A stretch of DNA of 63,331 nt, filler included, from Aduncisulcus paluster (taxonomy: Eukaryota): assembly GCA_024181965.1 (NCBI GenBank). It is 11 parts of 11 records of this genome, joined end to end, with 100 filler letters (N's around TTAATTAATTAA, not from the genome) between each part and the next. Parts side by side here need not be neighbours in the genome. Positions count along the whole stretch, not along the records: positions 11,104 to 13,298 come from BQXS01000108.1; positions 13,399 to 15,577 come from BQXS01000109.1; positions 15,678 to 36,376 come from BQXS01000110.1; 8 more parts are not named here. One strand, written 5' to 3'. The translations under genes were made by a program, and so were the position numbers. Position 1 is the stretch's first letter; every line of letters starts with the position of its first letter. Below the pieces are notes generated by a model that worked only from the letters and a program-made list of their open reading frames with translations, ran no database searches and had not been told where the DNA came from. Below, in pieces: positions 12,505-24,600 of this stretch.

Positions 12505-12764
12505 ATTCGCGAGCAGTCGAAAACTGAGGTGGTTTCAGCGAGTTCAGATTAGATATGACTTGAGCCACGATCTGAGATGATATATGTTCTCGCAACATGT
12601 CCGCGGATATTAAGAGGAACTGCGGGTCTACAGATGGAAGTGAAGACACCTTGGTCATTGGAATCACCCGTGGGGATCACATACTTAAAGTGGAGCTGAG
12701 TCGCATACACAAAGCATGTTTGTCTGTTGGCAGCAGATATCTCTTCACTGGAGCCTGTAACAGC

Positions 12765-13290
12765 TGTCCAACAGCCACCAAGCAGCTTCACAAGCTCATG
12801 CTTCCACACAATTCTTTCAAGTGTTCCAGACTTACAGATAAATATAGAGTGTCTGGATAAGATAGCAATATACGACCCACAGGGAGACCATATTGCATTC
12901 CAAATGATGTGACCCTTCGTATTGAGAGTTCCTTTGATGGTATCTGTTCCAAAATCGACGAGCTGGACAGAATTATCTAACACTTTGATGGCCTCCCCCA
13001 TTTTTCCCTTGAATATCTTTTGGACCCCCTTTGGAAGTTTCTTTGTTTGTTCATTGGCAATTCTTTTGGGAGGATGGGTGTTAAACATCACAAGACCTTT
13101 ATCATGTCCAACAGCCACCAAGCAGCTTCACAAGCTCATGCTTCCACACAATTCTTTCAAGTGTTCCAGACTTACAGATAAATATAGAGTGTCTGGATAA
13201 GATAGCAATATACGACCCACAGGGAGACCATATTGCATTCCAAATGATGTGACCCTTCGTATTGAGAGTTCCTTTGATGGTATCTGTTCC
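12765..13290. repeat. Tandem duplication with 340-bp period, second copy truncated at the contig end
   Basis: 12765-12950 is identical to 13105-13290. Confidence 0.85.
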
Positions 13291-13398
13291 GAGACGCANN
13301 NNNNNNNNNNNNNNNNNNNNNNNNNNNNNNNNNNNNNNNNNNTTAATTAATTAANNNNNNNNNNNNNNNNNNNNNNNNNNNNNNNNNNNNNNNNNNNN

Positions 13399-14899
13399 CT
13401 TCCTCCCCTTCTCCCTCCTCATCTTCCTTAATATCCACAGAGGGAGTGTGTTGGAGAGAAATGGAGGCACAGAAACGTTCAAACACAGCTACAGATACAC
13501 CTTTATGCAGAGACGATGGGATAAACTGGTCAACACTAGTCTCAGGATTACTTAGAGAAGCCTCATCCCCAACAAACTCTGAAGACACCCAGGAATCTCC
13601 CCCATCCATCTGTACTTTCTGCCATAAGAGCATTGATACATAGGCCTCACAAAGACCGGTCATATTAATAGAACCTTGAGAAAGTTCATCGGAACCAGTC
13701 TTAAACACAAAGGGAGGGAGCGACGCAAGAATGTCACTGGCATGAGAATTGAAGAAAGCAGAGAGCGAGACCTCAGAAGAAGGGGTAGCTGCAGATGATG
13801 ATTTATCCTTCGATGTCTTCTTAGAATTACCATTATCACCTTTCTTGGCTGTTTTAGCTCCTTGGGAGGCTGTGGAAGCTGACTGGGCAGTGTCCTCATC
13901 TGCTTTCTGAGGTTGTTCCTGGGCTTCTTCTTTGGATTTAATTTCCTTGACAAGAGATTCGATGGCTTGACCCCATTTACAAAGAGATCTCAATGCAAGA
14001 TCAATAGGAACATAAACTCCACAGAATTGCTTGCTAATGCTCATTGCAACGGTAGAAACACCGCTAGAACGTTCTCCAGTAACAAAAATAACATATGGGG
14101 TCATTTTAAAATGTGTCATTGGGGGAAACCTCGAAGAAAGGGTAGAAAGAGAAGGGAAAGATATTGGTTCATCTTTCCCACATATTAAACACTTTTTTAG
14201 CTTAGAATACACGTTATCTGTCATTTTATCTTTAAAATCCTTCTCAGAACAATCAATAATCCCAACCTTCTCTTTGAGTTGGTTCAAAATGGAAATTGGC
14301 CATATTGCTTGAAAAATAGCATTATCTCTCATAGTTTGAATGTCTTTTGCACGATGAGCAAGAGAAGAAAGCTCTACTTCCTCTTGAACTGGTGGCGGAG
14401 GAGGAGAAGGTGGGGGGGTTGGTAAAAGGGGAGAATTATGAATAAAAATCGATTTCCATGCATCGTATTGTCGTTGATCGACTCCTTCTATTGTTCTTCC
14501 TTTTTTGAGACGATGTTTTTGTGTAATTGACAAAGAGGGTAATGATGATTGAAAAGCCCTTTGATCAACTGAAATTTGAGAATATGGTTTGTTTTGTCTA
14601 TGAATGGCCTCAGCAGCACAGACCACAGCGTCTTTTGAAGCGAATTGGGACTGTTCAACAGGTGTACTCCGTCCATTCGAGGATTCACGATCAATAATAC
14701 ATAATAATGCAAGATTAATAATTTCTAGTGTTGTATTTCTGCATTTTTCTACCAGTATCGCCCTAGATGGATCATCTTTGGGAGGATGTTTAAAATGTCG
14801 AGTGCTTGAGGTTGAACGGTCAATATCTAAAGCATTCTCAGTTATATCTTCCTGATACGAATCTAATTCTTGACGATTTTGTTGTGATCTCGCATCCAT
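13399..14899 (-). CDS. SPEF2/CPC1-like flagellar protein with a degenerate adenylate-kinase-like P-loop, 3'-partial
   Basis: CRNTTLEIINLAL...QYDAWKSIFIHNSPL resembles SPEF2 (CAEILDQIVDLS...HDWKELFFNAKPI). It is followed by VIFVTGERSSGVSTVAMSISKQF, an AK-like P-loop with K replaced by V. Confidence 0.5.
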
Positions 14900-15071
14900 T
14901 TAAATTGTATCGAAAAAATTCGTATATCTCGGCCAAATAAATCAATACCATGTGGTTAAATGGGTTAAAGGTTTAATAATAGCTGGCAATAATGAATTAT
15001 CGCCATATTACAATAAAATTATGAAGGAGTCTATTTATATTTCAATTGTTGATGTTTGATCGCATATTATC

Positions 15072-15577
15072 ATGTACAAAAGTGTAGGACCGAAAAGTTT
15101 CATAGATTGTCTCTATGCAATTGGGTATGTGCTAAAATTTTGGTAAATATACCAATTTTTTTCCATAATGTTGTTTTCCTTATCTCATATTTGTTTCTCT
15201 TTAAATACAGATCAAAACCCCTGTTTGACTGGGGTACCCACGTTCAAAGTGGACATATTAAACGTATTACCGATCCTGATATTCAAGCATGTGTTATTGA
15301 GATTATGAGTCCCAATGTCAATACATGCTACATCACCCACCCTGATGATCCCAAGCAAACCCTCGGAATTAAATTGCCAGTTATCGTTTTACTTGTGAAA
15401 AACTTGAAAAAACAGTTCTCCTTCGAAGTTACTATCTTGGACGATCGTGGTGTTAAGCGTCGTTTGCGTTCATCGACTTATCAACCAAAAACTCGTGTTA
15501 AGCCATTCATTTGTACAATGCCCTTAAGACTTGATGATGGATGGAACACAATTTCATGTAACTTGCTCGATTACACC
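15072..15577 (+). CDS. CFAP20: Cilia- and flagella-associated protein 20 (BUG22), 3'-partial; exons 15072-15124 and 15211->15577
   Basis: SKPL..W...[18 protein letters not shown]...TLGIKLP...[39 protein letters not shown]. An 86-nt GTATGT...CAG intron (15125-15210) joins exon 1 [18 protein letters not shown] in frame. Confidence 0.95.
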
Positions 15578-15677
15578 NNNNNNNNNNNNNNNNNNNNNNN
15601 NNNNNNNNNNNNNNNNNNNNNTTAATTAATTAANNNNNNNNNNNNNNNNNNNNNNNNNNNNNNNNNNNNNNNNNNNN

Positions 15678-18600
15678 AAGACGAGTTTGAGTCGTTCCAA
15701 TAGATCTAATCATAATCAGGGCGAGGTGTCTGATGAACGTGATGATCAGTCTGGCGGCACAGATGCTGGCACAGATTGGTGGGAAAGTGAGGACTGGGTA
15801 ACTCAATCCTCAGTCGTGTCAAGGGAAGAAAACGGTGGTGGTGGTCGTGAGTCTATTACAAGCAGGGCTTCAATCAGCTCATTACGAAGCCAGAGTGTAG
15901 GAAGTACACATCATCATAATCCAACTATTCCTCAAACTCACCAAGGGAGTTCGGCTAGCCGGCATAGTATCGGCGGGGCCGAAATTGGTGGTGGTCGAGA
16001 TGCTGGTGCTGACGACTCTCATATTCAAGTGTATGATGGTGTTGAACGTCCCAGTATTGAGAGAAGGATGTCTGCTACTGATACTGATTTTAAGACCTCT
16101 ACTATCTTGGATCATCATCCTCACCAATCCACTACAGAACTTGTCAACATCAATAGTTCTTCTTCTTCAATCAAGAATCCCACTATGTCAGTTGTGGCTT
16201 TAGCGGTATCATCTTCCCGTGAAAAAGGATTGCGTATTCACTCTGACGGGGATAAAATTGCCACTGGAAACGGAGGCCTGATTTCTTCTTTCTCTCTGGC
16301 TATCCCCAATAACGATTCTTCACATTCTCACGATAAAAAGAAGCATGGTAAAGGGACAACCAATCCCCAATTCCCCACACGTGATGATATTATTGGAATC
16401 AACAAGGAATCATCAAGTATTAGACCTCAACCTCAGCTTCGTTTCTTCTCTTTCCGAATTTTAAAGACGCTGTTACTTTTGTTAATCATTCGTCTATGTC
16501 ACGTCTTTACATTTATATTCTACCTTATTGAAGTGCTTCGATTCTGGTATGTCTATCAATATGGAGAATCTAATGCCAAGGATATGCTCGAGTTGTTGAA
16601 GCGTAAGCATATTAAACAAATTCAAAGAGACAGTGTAAGGTATATGACTCAAAAAGTTCTCTCAGAAGATCCTGTTTCTATTCCTTCCCAACATCAAATT
16701 AACACATTATCCACGAGTTCCCGACCCACCAAGCTTCCAACATCTTCCCATACACAAACTAAGAGCAAGAGTCAACAACACCTACCACAACACTCACATC
16801 ATGGGGTACATTCGACAGGCACAGGGAATATCATCAAGAATCCTACTGCACATTCATCGTCGGGGAGATATGCGTTGCCCATCGAGAAGCCTTTTGGTGC
16901 ATCGTCACAAAATATCCTTCGACTCACGAAGGCAGATAGTAAGGATAATTATTTTGCCTACACAAATCTTACAACCACTCCCAAATGCAATGATTCTGCC
17001 TTCACGACAACGCCCAAGGATAATATCATTATTGAAGCCCGAGCTACTCCAGAAACTCTATCTTTGCTTTCATTCTTCCTTCAAGCTCCTCCTGGGTATT
17101 TCAGATTGCCCCGGAGAAGTAAGGTTAGTTCACTTTCTTCTCTCATTTTCCCTTGTCTACGGCCTCATTCCCCGGCTACGTACACATTTCTAAGTCGTCA
17201 AATTGGTCTTGCTCTTCAATACTTCTCTACCCCAACTATTATGATGGAGCCATCTTCACGTTATGTCAGTGCTGCTGGACTGCTCGGCGACTTGGAGCTT
17301 TATTCTCTCCCCAAGAAAAGCATCAGTAGGAAAAGAAAGAAGGTTAAAACCGTTGACATCCTGAGTACTGAGAGAGGCGGCAAACGTAAACAATATGACA
17401 TTTTATCTAGGAACAATGTGCTCCCATCAAGTCTCAAGTTTACTCCTCCTTCGTCTTCCTTCTCTTCAATCCCTCCAATCAGTCAAAATTCAGACTCCGA
17501 TGATTCTCATCTTTCCACGATGAACAAGGAATCTTCAACTTCCTCATCTGCTACACATAATCAGACTAAAGCTACTCCTGGAGTCATTTCAAAGGATATG
17601 ATTGATACTACACATGGTTTGGCAACAATTTCTCGAGACACTCATCAACACGCCACTCATCAACACGCCACTCATCAACACGCCACTCATGTAGCCACCT
17701 TGCATCCATCCCCTGGGAATTCCCCTGGGCATTCTCATTCTCGTTCCCATCACAGTAGTGCAGCATCCTCCCAGCGATCCTCTTCCTCCACGCCTGCACC
17801 TGAGTCTCATCCAGGTTCATACACATACGAAGGCTACTCGTCCATGTACACAACGAATGATGGAGCTCCATATTCGTCATATGGAGATAGTCATTCAGGA
17901 TCATACTCTGCCTCGTCATCTTCATCATTATCCAAACAGAATGTTAATGACCCAAGGGAAAGTACAATAATGGTACAACCTCATCTGGTTGGTACAGAGA
18001 CAGACAGATTAAGAAAGGAAGAAGGAGAAGATAGAGAAGGATGTGAGGAAGGTGAAAGAAGATCTGAGACTAAGCAAGAGCCTATGAAACCTGTCATTTT
18101 CCAATCAGAGTCTGTGTCTCACTATGCAAAGACTGATGCTTCTCTCGGAGGCACTCAGGCTCAGGCTCAAGTCCAATACCAACATACTGGAGATGGCCCA
18201 GGGACTTCTGTTGATCTCGCCAAATCAGCCAAAGATCATCTCGAAAATGTCTTTGCTCCGTTGAGAAGGAGATTGTCGGATTCTTCATCAGGGAAGCCTC
18301 CATTTGTTAACTCTCTTAACTTAGCTCGTCTCTCAGGAACAGGAACAAGCACTGCAAACCCTCTTCGTAGGTTTTCATCTGGCGGTAAAACTGTTGCTGA
18401 ATCTTCGAATAGAAAATCATCAATTTGTTCGAGAAGGATGTCAACAGAGAGTGCTGGAGATGAATATATTGATGTATTCAATCATCATTCGATGACGTTC
18501 AGTCGTGATGGGGATTCTCACGGAGGATACTCTTCCGAACACCACCCTTCACTTAATTTGTTTGATCCTTCACCAAGACAAGGAGGTCATGGTCATCCAA

Positions 18601-21600
18601 ACTCTGCTGTACATAAGTACCACGTTATGTTCTCATCCGCTGCACACAGTGGACACATGGATTCTAGGTCTCCAGCTATTGGTTGTTCTCCGCGAGACCT
18701 CAAATACGATCCCACATGCAAAGAGTTCAACAACAACAATAATAATAATAATGCTGGGAACAACGAATCATATCGAGCTCAAGCAATTCGTTCCCATCAT
18801 CCTGTGTATCCTTCTTTCTTGTATGCAAAAACTCTATTCGATTGTGAAATTGATGTGACTGCAGCTGAGTGTGTTGATGTTATTCGGGAGACCATTGCTC
18901 TTGATCGAGAGAGAAAGAGAGTGGAAGAGTTCAAGAGAACCCATCCAATGGTATTCGGGGAGGGTGTTACACATTCAAAGTCGAACTCAAAGAACTTAGA
19001 TCCTACGCCACGTTCAAGCAGAACAACAACTACTCGAACATCGACCAGTGTGCAACGAACAGAGACGACGTCTTTATCTCCTTCCGTCCCGCCCACTTCT
19101 GTCCGAAACGTTGTAGATCCCTCTCTTCCTTTCAGACCATTGATATCACACGAGAATGGCGATGTGTTGAATGGAAGAGGAAGTGGGGGTGAGGAAAAAG
19201 AACTATATGACACTACTGGTGCTCAGACTGAACAACATGGAGGAGAAGAAGAACAAGAGGCATTCTTGCATTCCCAATTGTCAGTTCCCTCTTCGCTCAT
19301 TAAGCAGATGACCATTCCTCGATTCTCCTTTTATATCATTCGTTTGTTCTTATGTGAAAGTATTTCCCAGATGTTATTTGTGAATGAATTGCATTGGAAT
19401 TGTTTATCTCCCTTTTCAATTGACTCTTTTTTGAGCCATACTAGTTCACATTCCCTGCTTAACGATGATCATAAGAAGATTCTTTTGGCTTCCTATGAAC
19501 TAATGGTTCATAAATACAATCATATCTCAACAGTTTCCAAAAATAATGCATCAACTTTGAACGATTTTCAAATGGAAGAGGAAGAAATGGAAGAATCTTT
19601 TTTCCGACAGAATTTCCTTGCAGAGATCTCGAATGAAACTCTAAGAATGGCTCGATCAGGACAGTTTAAGAAGGAGGTTATGAGTCGTTCCATTGGCAAT
19701 AATATCCGAACATGTACCTGCGATAACCCCACTTTCTTGTTGAAGGCCTGTATTAACGACTTATTGAAGTGGTTTCGACAATACACATCAATTCGTGCTC
19801 TGTTCAAACAACATTCAAGAACCTCACAACAAAAGGTCTCAAGATCGACACGAGCGGCCAGTATTAAATCATCAACCTTTGTCTGCCCTGCCACTATTCC
19901 ACAACTAACTAACCAAGAAGCTACGAAATCTGAGATCACATCAACACATCAGAGACATGCTTCACATGCTCAACATCAGAACATACCTTCTTCCATTGAT
20001 GAGACTGTTGAGTACCAACAGTTTTCATCATCATCTGTGTCTGGCCAGCCAAAAGGAACTAAAAAACCTGACGAAATATTCACACAGAACCATCATGTGA
20101 ACCCTCTGTTTGGGAGAAGAGGTATCAACACATCTTCTTTAATGCCTAACCCCCAATCACCTCTATTTGGTACCCTTGATCTCAAAGATCAGCATTCGAA
20201 TTCTGGAGAAATTGAATTATCAACTATTGTCAGTGTTGAAGAAGAGGATGAAAAGGCTACGAAATCATTTGGTGGGAATTCAAAGTCAGTCCCTGATGAA
20301 TTCGATCCCAAAATAATCGATAAAAAGGAGCTTGAGCGCCGCACCAGTGTTGCCATGTTTGGTTTTGATCCAATGCTCGATCAAAGCGGCGTTGAAAAAG
20401 ATAGATCCGATGATGTCGCCAGAATTGAATCCCATTCTTCAGAATGCATGAATAATAATAATAGCAACAGTAGAAAGTCTTCAGCTAGTAGTGCACAACG
20501 AGTTGAATCAATTTCTATTCCAGAAGCGACAAAACTATCTGTGTCTTCCTGTTCTTCTTCACATCAGAGTTCCACCACAGAGAGCCAAACAACATCTCCA
20601 TTATCGGGGGGACTAGGAAATGACAATCATCATACATCGGTGCCAACACCGTCATATGTTCCAGAAATAGCTAAGACTGTTTTCGATGTTGAGTTTGAGA
20701 AAGTCGACGAATCCGATTTCCCTGTGTGGAAGAAATCACTTCAATACCGGTTTAAACATGCAAGAAATGACTATGTATCTTGCCTTGACCAACGTTCTTC
20801 TTTCTATGAGCTAATATCGGCCTTTTCTCGTCGGATGAAGAAACTCCTGATAACCTCAAAAGAACAGCATCGTAGCCCTTATATTGATTCTTCTGATGAC
20901 TATTATTCTTCGTCACGAGGGATTTCTTCGTCTTCATCAAATGTGAAGACCTTGGAGGTATCTTGTGCCGACATGATGCACTCAATTACATCTCTAAGTT
21001 TCCAACAATATGTTACAACAAAGAGTGCCTTGAGCCGAATGATGACGCTGAAAGAGAATTTCACGCGAGTTGGTGTTTTGTCTTTGCTCGGTGGGTTTGC
21101 CCTCAATATTTGTCTCGACCCTCTTCTTTCTCAAGCTCTATTTGTGCATTGTTCCTCAATTATGCGTCAATCTCGTGTGACTGCCATCCAAGCGAAGTAT
21201 CACGAGTTAGTCAGTCAATGTCAGCCTGCTGTGGATGAAAACGAAGAGAAGAAAAATACTTTGAAAGAACTGATAAAGAAGAAAAAACAATTGAAGCGCC
21301 AATTGGTCTATTTAAGGAAGAAAAAACTATCCCAAATTAATCCTTCTAGTACTACTATTACAAATGGTTCTGCATCTATTTCTTCGGAGGTTCCTACAAT
21401 GACCAGTACCACCACCCCGCACAACAAAACCAATGGCTCTAATCTTTTCCAGATCCAAGGTGGTGACATTTTTCAGCAACAACAATATCATCCCACCCTT
21501 TCCTCCAGTAGTACAGGTGAGAAAAGCGAGAAAAGTTTGCTTTCTGATCCTTCTCCTTCCTCCTCTCTTACTTCCCATTTCGTTTCACATTCACTGAGTG

Positions 21601-24600
21601 GTAATGAAAAGACTGATATTCCTCATAGCGGTATGGATAATAATTCACTCCGTTCATATTTCTTTGGACGCACTGGTGGCCATCTCAGTGTTGCTCATGA
21701 GAGCGATGAGCTGGAAGGCCTTGTAAGTGGGAGAGATAGTCGTATTTTGGATAGCAGCGAACACACTGGAATTAAAAATATGTCTTCTCAGACAAGTATC
21801 TCCTCTGCCACTCATTCAGACTATTCTGTTAGTAGCTGTATAAGTTCTCATCCAGAGTACGACGAGGAAGAAGAGAACGATGAGGAGGAAAGTTCATCTA
21901 ATTCAGAGCACACAAAGAAAGTTTTTGCGTCCATGCTTGGAAGGGGAACCAAATTGAACTCTAATCGTCAGACTCCCACTATGTCCCAGCCTCCCGATGT
22001 ACATAATTCCTCAGAAATACACACTGAACCTGCCCAATCCCTTTCCTTAACTGGGAAAAAGTTCGATTCGTCCATCATGCCTCCCCCACCTTCCCATTCC
22101 TCACATGGTCTGTTTAGTGCTCCATCAGACTGGAGAACATCTTCCTCCCCTTCCCAACAACAGTACAGGTCATTATTCTCTCCCCTTGATCACACTCCAC
22201 CAACTGATTTTGCTATTAAATCTCATTACATTACTGATTCTCAACGTCATCATATGGATAATATGCTATCTAAGTATGGAAGCCTTGGACCTACTATCGA
22301 TGAGGACGACAATCCATCACAATTAGTTGGGTTAAGGACTGATGCAGTGGTTGTATCTGGTTTGGGAACAACTCATCTTGTAGAACATCAACACCATTTA
22401 GCTCAACCTGGATTTATTTCTTCTTCTTCTCACGCGCAATCAATTCCCAATGCTCATCGTGGTTCCTCAAATATGTCAAGCGATGTTCATTCAGACACTG
22501 CAACGACTGAAAAGATTGATTTATCAAGCCAAAAGGGGAACACTGATCCAGGTCAACAACAAATTGGTCATTCAGATGGTAGGTTACCGCTTTCTTTCAG
22601 AGTTAACTCCGATTCATATCTCAGTGATCATTCTTCTATGTCCAGCAATACACCCATTCAATCTATTATTCGACCAGATGGGTCAAAGGATAATCTATTC
22701 CTCAAAATGCATGGAAAGTCTGCCCTTGTATCTGAGAAATTTGATCAAGATGATGCCGATAACTCTTCTCCCACTCTCTCTTCTCCTTCCTCTTCCTCCT
22801 CTTCCTCTTCTTCTTCTTCCTCTTCTTCACTTGAGGATCTCCCACTCTCACTCTCACATAAGTCTATTTTTCCTGTGTCCAACAAAGGTAAACACAACTT
22901 AAATAACAAGACGATGAAGGAAGGAAGTCAACTTATCCCGTCATCCTCGGAACAAATACCAAAGCCTGATTTCTCAAGGACTTTGGGTGCCGTCTCTTCT
23001 CAACCTTTCTCGTATCAGTTTGGTACCGGTATGCCGGCTATAATTGGAATTGAGAAAGATATCTCCTCTGATGTATCTCAGCTTCAGAAAGGAGAAACTG
23101 AGTATTTTTTCAAAGATGAAGCCTCTGATACCGCTGAAGAATCTGAAGATTTCTCTGTTTCTTCTGATGAAAAACCTTTATCTGAAATTTATCAAATGAT
23201 TGTTAGACAAGAAACTAAGCATATTATTGCACTTTTGTTTGAAAGGTGTTGGGTTCCAACGCCCTCTCTCTCGATTATTCAGGATAAGGATGAAGAGGAG
23301 AGACAATTGTTGTTGTTAAAACAACGACAACAACGCAAACAATCTTCGAGTCGCCACCATTCATCAAGATACTACTCAAATAATCATGACCAAGAGAGTT
23401 GTTCTTACAAGACAATGACTTCACATTCTGCTCATATTTCCTCGAAATCACACAGTACAGCTGTGAACGGCAATGCTAATTCAATTGAGGAATCTCTAGA
23501 TATGTCAAAAACTATTCCAATGGATAGTCACAGTGACATGGCCCATTTTGAAGCAAAGACCGCTGCAAATGTAGGTATTGATAAGACGTTTTTCCATGGA
23601 GAATTAGCTTTACGTCATTTCCTCCCTTCTTCTTCATCTCCTCCTCCTCTTCATCATGAAAGCGGCGGATTATTAAATCCTTTAAGCTGTGACAGTCTCA
23701 CCAATGATGAGAAGGACATGCCATCTGCAACTCTTAACAAACCTAATCGTTTTATTATTGAGGCTGAAACTGAAACTGAAGCTGATCGTAGCACACCTGA
23801 TCTCATCCATGAAACTATCTCTTCTTCCGGTCAATTGACTTCTTCTTCTTCGGAAGGGGAAGGATCCACCGAAATATCTTCATCCACTGATGGTTCTGAA
23901 GATCCAAATATTTTGAATGTGTCTGGATCATTCAAGGTATCATCTTTACCTTCTCAAAGTCCAAAAATAGCCAAACGATCCACCTTGCAAACTTACTCCA
24001 AATCCCCCGGGCGTCGACTCCTTCCCAGTGGTTCTCCTCCTCTTCCATCTGGCGGTAGTTTCCAAGGACAATTCCGGCATTCTAAAATATCCCCTGGAAA
24101 AGATTCAACATATCCTTCTACTCTCTTCCAGAGTGACAGCTCCTCCACAACTGTGAGTACGTCTAGGTTCTCCTGGTTATCAGGTGAAGCTGGACGGTCT
24201 AATCACCAAAAGAAACATTTCCCGTTCAATGGTGATGTGATTATAGTAGATACTGTCTCAGAAAATGAGAAAGATGACACTGTCACTGATGACACTGGTG
24301 TCAGTATTGAAGGGAAAGGAGTTGAAGCTGACAGTGAAGTCTCAAATCCCTCTAGACATTCAGATATGGTTAACCACGACTATCATGGCCATCCAAAAGT
24401 TAGGAGAGGAGGAGAGTATGAGAGTGCAGAGTTGGTAATCCCAAGCAAAAGAGCTCAAGAGCTGCAGTGGGAAAAGGATAGAAGACGTGCGATGAAACAC
24501 ATTCGACTCCAAGACATTGAGGTGAATCCTCTTGTCATGAATGATGCTGTTCGTGAATACAACAAATCACATGCTCATGAAAGCAAAGCATTGAATTATT

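Larger units (their letters stand above)
11104..13298 (-). pseudogene. Disrupted coatomer subunit alpha (COPA)-like sequence
   Basis: GHDKGLVMF, IWNAIWSPCGSYIAILSRHSIFIC, HELVKLLGGCW and FVYATQLHFKYVIPTGD...GVFTSICRP match COPA motifs ([68 protein letters not shown]). The frame stops at 12549-12551, and a transposon is inserted at 11880-12504. Confidence 0.65.
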
